The translations under genes were made by a program, and so were the position numbers. From an uncultured Fibrobacterota bacterium (lineage in GTDB: Bacteria; Fibrobacterota; Chitinivibrionia; Chitinivibrionales; FEN-1185), in contig CAVSQB010000037.1 of the NCBI GenBank assembly GCA_963729895.1, forward strand, positions 1 through 44,601: a DNA stretch of 44,601 bases. Direction: 5' to 3'. Positions 1 to 9,123 of the stretch are shown here, piece by piece. The notes beneath the pieces were generated by a model. That model was not told the DNA's origin, did not search any database, and saw nothing but the letters and a program-made list of their open reading frames with translations. Position 1 is the stretch's first letter, and each line of letters begins with the position of its first letter.

Positions 1-1297
1 TTGCCTCATAATAAAAGGTAACCGAAGGGTCAGATTCGATGCCTCACAAATGAGGTAACCGTAACAAGGTTGAAAATGGTTTTGAGTTTTCTTTCGATAG
101 TCTTTTTTAATTGGAATGGATTGAGAGCACGGTGGGTCAGTTCAAGGCTTTGCTTGACTTCTGAAGCTATGTAAGGTGATTCAACGATTCTTTGATAGGG
201 AGTTTTCGGTTCTTCATAGGTCTTGCGGTATCGAGATCCTATCCGGATTTTAGATTTGAGTTTCAGCGATGGACAGAAGTGGTTTTGATAGAGAGACCAC
301 TCGTTGGCATAGAGGTCGTTAATGAGGGGAAGCGTGTCGGGGTTTTCGATCCGATCATAACCAAGCATGTGCTTGGCCTGCGCCCAGTTTTTCTGTTCGA
401 CATGGGCGTTGTCGTTTTTCTTGTAGGGACGTGACCGGGTGAACTTTACAGGGTCTTGTCGCACGGCGAAGTAGCGTTCGAGATGATAGTTGAGGAACTC
501 GGACCCGTTATCACAGTCAAAGCCACGCAGGGCAAAAGGTATTCGTCGTTCGATGTCTTTAACCTGCTCAATGACACCCTGGGAGCCCTTATTCCACACA
601 GCACGGCCTTCGGTCCAAGCAGTATGGATGTCAGTCATGATAAGGCTCCACACAAATTCTCCGGCAAGGCTGGTGCCGCAATGGGCAACCGTATCCGCCT
701 CCATGAATCCAGGCTGGGTAATATCCCAGTTGTCGGTACGGATGGGGATTTGATTGCGCAGCATGGAGCCGGGCTTGGTGCCGCACAATCCCTTGCCCAT
801 ACGCGTACGTAAAGGGCATAGGACGCGGTCAAGCGTGGAGCGGCTGACAGAGAGGAGCCGCGCACGGACTTCCTCGGAAAGCAGTTCAAAGGATTGTTCG
901 TAGAATGGCAGCCATACTGGAATGACAACCTTAAGGCGGCGAGAGCACATGAAATCAGAGGCTTTCCAGATGTACTGTAACGCCTTAATAAAAAGCGGTT
1001 CAGCATATAAGGGTCTTCTTCCACGCTTGGCTTTTTGTTTCTGTTTGCGTTTTCCAAGTAGCCGGATAGCGTACTTGCGATTGTATCGGCAAATCGCACA
1101 AAACTCATCGAGAATCTGCTTTTTGCCGGCTCTGTTGGAATGGGCATATCGTTGTCGTATCGCTTCCCGATATGCTTCTTTTTCTTTGTGCCCCATAGTG
1201 GTAACCCCCTTTTTTCTTGGGTTACCTTAATTATGAGGCAACGAATCAATTGGTGCGTGTTTCGATTAAGCCTTCGGTTACATTTAATTTGAGGCAA
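1..1297 (-). mobile_element. Insertion sequence with rve/DDE integrase-type transposase (ISNCY/IS481-like); left end clipped by the window
   Basis: The reverse complement of 1-28 (CCTTCGGTTACCTTTTATTATGAGGCAA) matches 1271-1297 (CCTTCGGTTACATTTAATTTGAGGCAA). Second copies of the GGTTAC..TGAGGCA motif lie at about 40-61 and 1220-1241. Confidence 0.8.
30..1196 (-). CDS. Transposase, integrase core (rve) DDE domain
   Basis: 388 aa; motifs EADTVAHCG, DCDNGSEF, RSRPYKKNDNAHVEQKN; basic N-terminal HTH-like region. Confidence 0.9.
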   Translation of the reverse strand: MGHKEKEAYREAIRQRYAHSNRAGKKQILDEFCAICRYNRKYAIRLLGKRKQKQKAKRGRRPLYAEPLFIKALQYIWKASDFMCSRRLKVVIPVWLPFYEQSFELLSEEVRARLLSVSRSTLDRVLCPLRTRMGKGLCGTKPGSMLRNQIPIRTDNWDITQPGFMEADTVAHCGTSLAGEFVWSLIMTDIHTAWTEGRAVWNKGSQGVIEQVKDIERRIPFALRGFDCDNGSEFLNYHLERYFAVRQDPVKFTRSRPYKKNDNAHVEQKNWAQAKHMLGYDRIENPDTLPLINDLYANEWSLYQNHFCPSLKLKSKIRIGSRYRKTYEEPKTPYQRIVESPYIASEVKQSLELTHRALNPFQLKKTIERKLKTIFNLVTVTSFVRHRI

Positions 1298-1629
1298 TGC
1301 GTTAAGCAATTTTGTTTTGAGATGAGATGGCACTTAGAGGCATTTTATTGTATATTATCGTCCTATCCGCTATACCATCCACTTTTTTCGAAACTGTGAA
1401 GCGAAGGTGAAGCGTCAACGTGTGGTAGCGCCCCAGCGTGCTGAAATTGACACAAAGAGCGGTTTTTTTTCGGGAGACGACTTTGCCTCAAGAAATGCTC
1501 AAACTGGAATATGACAAATTGGAAGTATGCAGAAAGTGCAATGCTTTTATTTATCAATACAACCAACCTTGGGCAAGATTGCAAACATAAGGAAACGTTG
1601 CGCAGCGGGGCGGCTGTGAGGGAGCATAC

Positions 1630-2535
1630 GTGAAGATTAGCGGTTTTTCGTTTGTCCGCAACGGTGCAAAATACGGCTACCCGGTGGCCGAGGCAATCAC
1701 GTCGATTCTGCCCCTATGCGACGAATTCATTATTGCCGTAGGAAACGGCGATGCCGACGACCCGACCCGCCATATCGTCGAAGCCATCGGCGATCCCAAA
1801 ATACGCATCATTGACACGGTGTGGAACAATGCGGAAACTCTTGGCGGAAGGATTTACAGCCAGCAAACAAATATCGCTCTTGATGCGTGCTGCGGAGACT
1901 GGTGCTTTTATATCCAATGCGACGAGGTGGTCCACGAACAGTATCTGACCGCCATTCGAACGCGTTGTGAAGAAGTGCTTGACAATAAAGATGTCGAAGG
2001 ACTTCTGATCGGCTACAAGCATTTCTGGGGTGACTATGATCATTACCAAAACGGCCATCGCTGGTATCCTGCCGAGATTCGTATCGTTCGTAATCGCATC
2101 GGTGTGCAATCGATAGGCGATGCACAGTCCTTTCGCATAGGCGGCCGGAAACTGCGTGTTGCGCGTGTCGATGCCGAAGTCTTTCACTACGGACACGTGC
2201 GTCATCCGCGACTAATGCAAGAGCGCAATCTCAACACCGAGACAACCTATCACGGTGCGGCGGGAGCAGCGGAGAAGTTCAAGCTTCGGGCGCCAACCTA
2301 CGATTTCGGCAACTTATCGCTGTTTCCGGAATATAAAGGAACCCATCCGCGCGTTATGCTGCCGCGCATACATGCCATGGACTGGCGCGACGAGCTGCGC
2401 TATGACGGCCCGCCAACGGTTGACGGCAGGCGGGAACGTATAAAATACCGCGTGCTTACCTATATCGAGCAACGGCTCTTAGGCGGACGTCGTCTGGGCG
2501 GATACCGAAACTATGTCCTTGTGCGCAATACCTGA
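1630..2535 (+). CDS. Glycosyltransferase family 2
   Basis: MKISGFSFVRN...AITSILPLCDE, IQCDE (DxD-like), VFHYGHVR; GTG start after GGGAG. Confidence 0.85.
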   Translation: MKISGFSFVRNGAKYGYPVAEAITSILPLCDEFIIAVGNGDADDPTRHIVEAIGDPKIRIIDTVWNNAETLGGRIYSQQTNIALDACCGDWCFYIQCDEVVHEQYLTAIRTRCEEVLDNKDVEGLLIGYKHFWGDYDHYQNGHRWYPAEIRIVRNRIGVQSIGDAQSFRIGGRKLRVARVDAEVFHYGHVRHPRLMQERNLNTETTYHGAAGAAEKFKLRAPTYDFGNLSLFPEYKGTHPRVMLPRIHAMDWRDELRYDGPPTVDGRRERIKYRVLTYIEQRLLGGRRLGGYRNYVLVRNT

Positions 2536-2540
2536 CTGCC

Positions 2541-3407
2541 ATGAACACACCTTTGCATTCACAAAAAGTTCCCGGCTTGTCGCTGATTATTGCCGTTTAC
2601 AATCGCGCTCAAGCCCTTGAGATGATTTTTGCGAGCCTGGCGAATCAGACGTTCAGGGACTTTGAGGTACTCATCGCGGACGATGGTTCCGATGAACCAT
2701 TCGAAGAAATAATCGGGCGCTACCAGCCGGCTTTTCTGCACCCCATTCGGCATATACGCCAAGAACACCGGGGGTTTCGCAAGACGGTTATTGTCAACAA
2801 GGCGGCAGATCGCGCGACCTCTTTGTACCTTGTCTTTATTGACGGCGATTGCATCCTGCACCACCGTTTTCTTGAGCGCCATTTTGTGCGCTGTTCTCCT
2901 GGTGTTATACTTTCCGGCAGAAGGGTCGAGCTATCGTCCGACCTTACGTCGAGAGTTACCCTCAGAGACGTTCAATCGCGCCGTAATGAAAGCCCCCTTT
3001 TCTGGTGGAACGGCTCAGGAACACACACGCGGCGCCGCGGACTGTATGTACCCTATCTTTTCCATTTTCGTCGCTTGTCAGGCAGGAACTACCGAATCTT
3101 GGGCAGCAATTTTTCACTTTTCAAAAGCGATTTCTGCGCAGTCAACGGGTACGACGAGAGAATAATCGGCAGGGGAATGGAAGACAGCAACTTGAACGAA
3201 CGGCTTATTCTCCACGGCTGTGCGGGCTGCAGCGTATCGGGTGAGGCAATCCAATATCATCTGTACCATCATTTCGATCCTGTTGCCCATCGTGCGGAAG
3301 CACTGCAACAATTCCGCAGTCCTGCCGGCGCATGGACTCCGTACGGAATTAAGAAGTCCGACGGTGCGGAAGCCGGCCGGCCTTCGCCCGCCATCCCGGC
3401 CTTATAG
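2541..3407 (+). CDS. Glycosyltransferase family 2
   Basis: SLIIAVYN, IADDGS, FIDGDC, VNGYDE..GRGMED. Confidence 0.9.
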   Translation: MNTPLHSQKVPGLSLIIAVYNRAQALEMIFASLANQTFRDFEVLIADDGSDEPFEEIIGRYQPAFLHPIRHIRQEHRGFRKTVIVNKAADRATSLYLVFIDGDCILHHRFLERHFVRCSPGVILSGRRVELSSDLTSRVTLRDVQSRRNESPLFWWNGSGTHTRRRGLYVPYLFHFRRLSGRNYRILGSNFSLFKSDFCAVNGYDERIIGRGMEDSNLNERLILHGCAGCSVSGEAIQYHLYHHFDPVAHRAEALQQFRSPAGAWTPYGIKKSDGAEAGRPSPAIPAL

Positions 3408-3414
3408 CATTACG

Positions 3415-4560
3415 CTAGGGAAGGTTTAGGAGTCGCTCGATCTGTGCGCACACGGTGTGATGCGAAAACGTTTCCTTGACGCGCTGCTGCGCGCGTTTTG
3501 CCGTGAGGAGGGCGGAACCATAGTCGGCGCAGACCTCGACGACCCGCGAGACAAGTCCTTCACAATCACCCTTGTCAAATAACTTTCCAAATTCACCATT
3601 GCCAAGCAATTCCGGGGTACCCGATGCGTTGGTCCCGATCACCGGAATTCCCGCGGCCATGGCCTCAAGTGTAACCATACCGTACGTTTCGCCCTCCGAG
3701 GCCATGATAAAGACATCGATAGCGGCATAAAACAAGGACGGATCTTCCATGAACGGCCGGAAATGAACCGCCTCTTCCAACTTGTCGGCGGCCACTTTTC
3801 TCTTGATGGCGTCGTGATAGCGCTGCGAAGCGGGTTGATTGGGCGTCGGGTCGCCTGCGATCAGCAACTGGGCCGCAATGCCGCGCGACCGCAACGCGGT
3901 GACCGCAGTGACCGCCAGGAGCTGTCCTTTTTGTGGATCAATCCGCCCCAGGATTCCCAGCAGCGGGAAGACCGGGCCTATGCCCAGCGAGGCGCGTGCG
4001 CTTTCTTTTGTAAAGCGGAGCGGCGAAAATGTTGCGAAGTCGATTGGAAGCGGGATGACTTTCACTTTGTCGCGAGCGATCCTTGTTTTGCGGAATGCCT
4101 CGTCTCTGAGCCACGAAAGCGGCGCAATCCAATAATTGAGCGCAGAGAACCTGATGGTATGCAGGATATCCGTTTTGCCAACGCCAACCTGCATCTGCTG
4201 CAAGAAAGCCACGAGGAGGTGATTGAACAGGAACCGCTTTGTCCATGCAGCAAAGTCGATGTCGCGGTTGTCGCAGACAATAATCCGGGAGATGCCCTGC
4301 GTTTTGAGATTGCGTGAGAAGTGAAAGGCTGCAAAGAAATCGAAATACTTGCCGTGGTGCGGGATTGGGCATACCGATAGGTCCCGTCGCCTCGCCTCCG
4401 CGCACACACGGAGATCTTCACAGGTATACAATACCGCGCCCCGTCCGCGTTGCCCGAGCCAGCCCATGAGTTTGAGCACGTTAAGTTCGAGGCCGCCCCA
4501 CCCGGAGGTTGTGAGAAGAAAGCCAATGGTGTTGTTCGGATCGTGCACAGGTGATTTCAA
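3415..4560 (-). CDS. Glycosyltransferase family 4 (GT-B fold)
   Basis: GWGGLE, GRIDPQKG, ETYGMVTLEAMAAGIPVI; TTG start uncertain. Confidence 0.9.
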   Translation of the reverse strand: MKSPVHDPNNTIGFLLTTSGWGGLELNVLKLMGWLGQRGRGAVLYTCEDLRVCAEARRRDLSVCPIPHHGKYFDFFAAFHFSRNLKTQGISRIIVCDNRDIDFAAWTKRFLFNHLLVAFLQQMQVGVGKTDILHTIRFSALNYWIAPLSWLRDEAFRKTRIARDKVKVIPLPIDFATFSPLRFTKESARASLGIGPVFPLLGILGRIDPQKGQLLAVTAVTALRSRGIAAQLLIAGDPTPNQPASQRYHDAIKRKVAADKLEEAVHFRPFMEDPSLFYAAIDVFIMASEGETYGMVTLEAMAAGIPVIGTNASGTPELLGNGEFGKLFDKGDCEGLVSRVVEVCADYGSALLTAKRAQQRVKETFSHHTVCAQIERLLNLP

Positions 4561-4654
4561 ACCGCCCGGATTGAAGAACCCCGCCCCATGTGGCGGGGAT
4601 TGGCCATGCAGTCGAAGGTTTGCGGCCGCTACTGCGTGGTCTTCCTTTCCCTAG

Positions 4655-5966
4655 CAGGGTGTTGAAAAAGTCTCCCTTTTGTAAACATTTATCCTTATAT
4701 TATAGGGGAACCCCAACCAAGGAGTATTGATGAGAGGTTCCCAGCCAGCCCAAGGCGGTATGTTCAGCTTCGTTTCTCCGGATTCCCGAGTGCCGGCAAC
4801 GCACCCGCTTCGTCGTGTCAAACAGTTTACGGACATAGCGCTGCGCCGCCTTTCTCGTGACTTTGAGGCGATGTACAGCCGGATGGGACGCCCTTCGATA
4901 CCGCCGGAATGGCTTTTGAAAGCACAGATATTGATGGCTTTGTTTTCGATACGGTCGGACCGGTTGTTTTGCGAGATGCTGGACTATAACATTCTGTTCC
5001 GATGGTTTCTTGACATGGATCTGGATGCGGCATCGTTTGATCATAGTGTGTTTTCGAAGAACCGAGATCGACTTATGGAACAGGAGATTGCGCACCGGCT
5101 GATGCAGGAAATCGTGCGTCTTGCTCGTTCCGAAGAGTTGTTGTCCGATGAGCATTTCACGGTTGACGGCACGTTGATTGAAGCCTGGGCATCGATGAAG
5201 AGCTTCAAGCGAAAAGACGCGGAATCGGCGAACAAGACTGACGATGATCGGAGTAATCCGTCGGTTGATTTCCACCATGAGAAGCGAAGCAATGAGACAC
5301 ATCAGAGTTCGACCGATCCAGAGGCGCTGTTGGCTCGGAAGAACAAGAGAACGGGAGCGCAGCTGGCGTATTCCGGTCACGTGCTGATGGAAAACCGAAA
5401 TGGGTTGTGTGTTGATATCGCCATTGCGCCAGCGACGGGGACAGCGGAACGGGATATGGCGCTTGAGCTGATAAAGCATGAACGCAGGCGCGGAAAACGC
5501 CGGATGAAGACGGTGGGTGCAGACAAAGGGTATCATGCAACCGAATTTATCAAGAGCCTGCGACGCCTGCACGTGAAGCCTCACATTGCCGAGAAGGCCA
5601 ACACTTCGCTTAAAGGGTTGGATGGAAGAACGACTCGGCATAAGGGATACAGCGTAAGTCAACGGAAACGAAAACGGGTTGAAGAGATATTTGGGTGGAT
5701 CAAGAGCGTCGGTGGCCTGCGGAAAACTCGGGTAAGAGGAATACGAATCAACCAGACTGTTGCCTACGTGGTTGCCGCAGCGTACAACTTGATACGCATG
5801 GTTAAGTTGATGCCGCAAACGGTGGGGGCAGCATGAGAATGGCCTGGGAATCCGGGGAAATGCCTCGGAACGAGGCAGGTAAAACCTCTCTGACATATGT
5901 AAAGTTGAAGTTAGGTTCATAAAAAATCAACAAGAGCGCTTCTGTTAGGACTATTTCAACAACCTG
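4655..5966 (+). mobile_element. IS5-family insertion sequence, complete
   Basis: TIRs CAGGGTGTTGAAAAAGTC (4655-4672) and GACTATTTCAACAACCTG (5949-5966), 16/18 match; flanked by CTAG at 4651-4654 and 5967-5970. Confidence 0.95.
4727..5836 (+). CDS. IS5-family transposase
   Basis: GRPSIPPE, YNILFRWF, FTVDGT, GADKGY, RKRVEEIFGWIK. Confidence 0.95.
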   Translation: MMRGSQPAQGGMFSFVSPDSRVPATHPLRRVKQFTDIALRRLSRDFEAMYSRMGRPSIPPEWLLKAQILMALFSIRSDRLFCEMLDYNILFRWFLDMDLDAASFDHSVFSKNRDRLMEQEIAHRLMQEIVRLARSEELLSDEHFTVDGTLIEAWASMKSFKRKDAESANKTDDDRSNPSVDFHHEKRSNETHQSSTDPEALLARKNKRTGAQLAYSGHVLMENRNGLCVDIAIAPATGTAERDMALELIKHERRRGKRRMKTVGADKGYHATEFIKSLRRLHVKPHIAEKANTSLKGLDGRTTRHKGYSVSQRKRKRVEEIFGWIKSVGGLRKTRVRGIRINQTVAYVVAAAYNLIRMVKLMPQTVGAA

Positions 5967-6089
5967 CTAGGAAAAAATATTTGTAATTCGCCCGCTAACC
6001 CCGCGCCACCCCGACTACGCCTGCATACAAACTACAGGAGTAGCCGCGCAAGCGAACTCGCGGGGATTGCGCGGCTGAGGCATTCAAAC

Positions 6090-7079
6090 CTAAAGTTTAA
6101 TGATCATACCCAGCCATGTAACATTACCGTACAACGTTTCGGTGTAATGCATGGCATACAACGGAAAATCTTCTTCCATATTATAGAAAACGGGATAGAG
6201 GTACCGAAATGTCGAAATCAGACTGAGACCGATTGTACGGCTTATTGCAACGTCCAAACCCAGGCCCGCGAACGCACTCACGGACCAAGATACGGCATTG
6301 ACGTAATAGCGGTCGGTATAAATCACCTCCTGGCTGGGATCACTCATGAAAAACGTGTGCTCGTTCACCCATACCACGTTGAGCCCTCCGCCAAGAACTG
6401 CATAAGGCACAATCCGCCAGGACTGCGGTGCAAGCGCGCAGTGGAGTGACGGCTCCAGCGCCGCATGATAGTAAAAGTATTTGTCAAACGACGGCTGAGC
6501 GGTAAACAGCGTATCGTCGGTCGCGCTCCCTGCGTCGAGGGCAAGAGAGATTTGCAAGCGCAGCATTTTAACAAGCGGAAAACGGATCCCGCCGGCAAGG
6601 CCGACCGTGAGCAGGTCCGGCTTGGAAACATTGACGCTGCTTTGCAGGTTTTCAAAATCGATATACCCAGCGCGGGTGTTGTAGGTGAGAAACGGACCGG
6701 CGAACACTTGCATGGACGAGAAACCGAGGCCCGATGAATCACTCGCCGCCGAAACCTGGCACCACAGAAGAAACAGGATGAAAGGAATCGTGAATCCCAC
6801 AGCGAGCGCATTCCCCGGAGCTTGCTCCGGGGTTAGCGAGCGACTATAAGTATGTTTTATTTCCATAGGGATGGAAGATTCCCCGCAGCTTGCTGCGGGG
6901 TTCTTCAATCCCAAAATTTGCGCAATCCCCGAAGGTTCGCTTGCGCGGCCACTCCTGTAGCGTCGTATGCAGTGGTAGTCGTGGTGCTTCGGGGTTAGCA
7001 AGCGACTACAAGATTTTTCTTCCTGAGGGATGGAAGATGCCTCGTCCCGCGGGACGAGGTTCTTCACTGGGAAATTCAC
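6090..7079 (-). CDS. Probable exported outer-membrane beta-barrel-like protein, with a 91-codon in-frame insertion near the N-terminus
   Basis: Signal-like IPFILFLLWCQVSAAS followed by amphipathic strands (PYAVLGGGLN, FAGLGLDVAI, FRYLY); 6794-7066 is repeat-derived. Confidence 0.6.
   Translation of the reverse strand: MNFPVKNLVPRDEASSIPQEEKSCSRLLTPKHHDYHCIRRYRSGRASEPSGIAQILGLKNPAASCGESSIPMEIKHTYSRSLTPEQAPGNALAVGFTIPFILFLLWCQVSAASDSSGLGFSSMQVFAGPFLTYNTRAGYIDFENLQSSVNVSKPDLLTVGLAGGIRFPLVKMLRLQISLALDAGSATDDTLFTAQPSFDKYFYYHAALEPSLHCALAPQSWRIVPYAVLGGGLNVVWVNEHTFFMSDPSQEVIYTDRYYVNAVSWSVSAFAGLGLDVAISRTIGLSLISTFRYLYPVFYNMEEDFPLYAMHYTETLYGNVTWLGMIIKL
6794..6907 (+). repeat. Palindromic non-autonomous element, copy A (114 bp)
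   Basis: Hairpins CCCCGGAGCTTGCTCCGGGG and CCCCGCAGCTTGCTGCGGGG; preceded by TGA, ends GTTCTTCA. Confidence 0.85.
6908..7066 (+). repeat. Palindromic non-autonomous element, copy B (159 bp), directly tandem to copy A
   Basis: Same scaffold as copy A (ATCCCA..GCGCA.TCCCCG..CGGGGTTAGC.AGCGACTA.AAG..AGGGATGGAAGAT-hairpin-GTTCTTCA) with an expanded first hairpin; second hairpin CCTCGTCCCGCGGGACGAGG. Confidence 0.85.
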
Positions 7080-7280
7080 TCGTTACTCTCTGTGAATTAA
7101 CTGTGCATGCAGGGATCGCGGCCGCCGCGCTTCAGATAATGCAAATAATATAGTATTGGTCCCGGCGGGCCTTTGCCAAAACTTTAGGCGCACCACGATG
7201 GAAACAGTTGATGAAATTGCACCGTTGAGGTATTTTCCTTTTACCACAGGCGCATTGTTATCTTGGAGTACGTGAGTGTG

Positions 7281-9110
7281 ATGAACCAATTCAAAGGCTA
7301 TTTTCGCATGATGGGCTACCTCAAGCCCTACGTTCCCATGCTTGTGCTCACGGTTGTTCTGTCACTGCTGGTGGTGACGTTCGAGTCTCTGTCCCTCTGG
7401 TTTTTCGGCCCCCTGGTCAGTGCGATTTTTAAGCCGGAATCCCTGAGTATGGCAAGACCGGCGTTCACAATCAACAACATCAACGAGGTGCTCAAATACT
7501 GGACATATCTTGTCGTAAAGCGGGATAATGTTTTCGACACGCTCAAGATCGTTTGCATATGCCTGGTCCTGTTTTTTCTTGCAAAAAACGTTTTTGCGTA
7601 TATCAAGGGTCTCGTCACCGGCAATCTTAACTATTTCATCACGCGCGACATGCGTAACCACCTGTACGGCCATGCTCTTGTGCTGCCGGTCACCTATTAC
7701 GACCGCAACCGCTCTGGAAACATCATCTCGCTCATGTTCAACGATATTGCGGCGATTAACGGTTCCTTGACAGGCACGTTTGAAAAGATTGTTTCGGATC
7801 CGCTGCGGCTGGTTTTCTTCATATCGGTCCTTATCATTATAAGTCCCAAACTCACGCTGTTCGTATTCTGCATCTATCCCGTTCTCGGCTTTCTCGTGGC
7901 GCAGATCGGCAAGACCGTGCGCAGGAGGAGCAGGCGTTCGCTCGAAAGCATTTCCGGCCTCTCCTCCATCATGAACGAAACGGTGAATTGCATCCGGGTT
8001 GTCAAGATGTTCAACATGAACGAGGCCGAGGAAAAAAGGTTCAGGGCTGAAAATCAGCATTACACAAAAACCTGCTTCCGGGCGCAAGTCTTCAATGCCA
8101 TATCGAGCCCCCTCACCGAAACGCTCGGCATCCTCATGGTTGCCGGGCTTCTCTGGTTCGGCGGCAGGGACGTGCTTATGGGAAAGAGCTTCACGGCCCA
8201 AGATTTCATACGGTTCCTGGCCTTCCTTTTCATTATGTTCCAGCCGCTCAAGTCGCTCTCGCAGGTGAACAACATGATCCAGACAGGACTCGCGGCTTCG
8301 GACCGGGTCTTTGCCATCATAGACACGCCGCCCGAGAAGCTGCCGAGCAGGGCGGCGAGCACGGTTCCGCGTTTCGAAAACGATATTCGGTTTTCCCATG
8401 TCCGGTTCTCGTATCCGGGGTGCTCCGATGAGGTGATCCGCGACATGACCTTTACCATTAAGAAAGGCCAGGTGGTTGCCCTTGTGGGATCAAGCGGCAG
8501 CGGAAAGACCACCATCCTCGATTTGCTGCCGCGGTTTTACGAAATCTCGGGCGGTTCCATTGGGGTCGACGGAGTTGACACAAGAGAGTTCGACTTGGTG
8601 GGCCTGCGGAGCCTGTTCGGTATCGTATCGCAAGAAACCGTGCTGTTCAACGACACGATAGAACACAACATCGCCTACGGCATGACGACAGCCACGCGCG
8701 ACATGGTGATCGAGGCGGCGCGAGCTGCGCAGGCATTGGAATTCGTTGAAAAGATGCCGCAAGGCTTTTCTACGGTTATCGGCGAACGCGGGGTGATGCT
8801 GTCGGGCGGCCAGCGCCAGCGGATTTCCATAGCGCGCGCATTGCTCAAAAACCCTGCCATACTCATACTCGACGAGGCAACGTCGGCGCTCGACACCGAG
8901 TCGGAGCGCCTCGTGCAGAGCGCCATCAACAACCTCATGAGAAACCGCACCGCGCTCGTGGTGGCGCACCGTTTGTCTACCATTGCTCATGCAGACATGA
9001 TTCTTGTTCTGGAAGAAGGCCGGCTTACCGAACAGGGGACCCACGACGAACTGATAAAGCTTAACAAGCGGTATAAGTATCTGCACCAGATCCAGTTCGC
9101 AGGCGCGTGA
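7281..9110 (+). CDS. msbA: MsbA-like ABC transporter (fused transmembrane and ATPase domains), probable lipid A/LPS flippase
   Basis: N-terminal TM helices, Walker A GSSGSGKT, LSGGQRQR, ILDEATSALD; located among glycosyltransferases. Confidence 0.75.
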   Translation: MNQFKGYFRMMGYLKPYVPMLVLTVVLSLLVVTFESLSLWFFGPLVSAIFKPESLSMARPAFTINNINEVLKYWTYLVVKRDNVFDTLKIVCICLVLFFLAKNVFAYIKGLVTGNLNYFITRDMRNHLYGHALVLPVTYYDRNRSGNIISLMFNDIAAINGSLTGTFEKIVSDPLRLVFFISVLIIISPKLTLFVFCIYPVLGFLVAQIGKTVRRRSRRSLESISGLSSIMNETVNCIRVVKMFNMNEAEEKRFRAENQHYTKTCFRAQVFNAISSPLTETLGILMVAGLLWFGGRDVLMGKSFTAQDFIRFLAFLFIMFQPLKSLSQVNNMIQTGLAASDRVFAIIDTPPEKLPSRAASTVPRFENDIRFSHVRFSYPGCSDEVIRDMTFTIKKGQVVALVGSSGSGKTTILDLLPRFYEISGGSIGVDGVDTREFDLVGLRSLFGIVSQETVLFNDTIEHNIAYGMTTATRDMVIEAARAAQALEFVEKMPQGFSTVIGERGVMLSGGQRQRISIARALLKNPAILILDEATSALDTESERLVQSAINNLMRNRTALVVAHRLSTIAHADMILVLEEGRLTEQGTHDELIKLNKRYKYLHQIQFAGA

Positions 9111-9123
9111 TCCGCCGTGGCTC

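Larger units (their letters stand above)
4572..6083 (-). repeat. Palindromic non-autonomous element, copy C (about 196 bp), split by IS5
   Basis: Joining 4572-4654 to 5971-6083 and reverse-complementing gives a sequence colinear with 6908-7066 (GCGCAATCCCCG..GTTCGCTTGCGCGGC.ACTCCTGTAG..GGGGTTAGC..GGAAGA..GGTTCTTCA). Confidence 0.8.

Noticed and set aside
1300..1590. 3' remnant of a gene interrupted by the IS (plus-strand LPQEMLKLEYDKLEVCRKCNAF...)
   Set aside because: Too short to assign and no continuous frame back to the IS end.
4700..5920. 406-aa antisense ORF across the IS5
   Set aside because: Shadow of the transposase gene with no recognisable motifs.
6794..7066. CRISPR array
   Set aside because: The palindromes vary in sequence and the intervening DNA is homologous between units rather than unique spacers; no cas genes.
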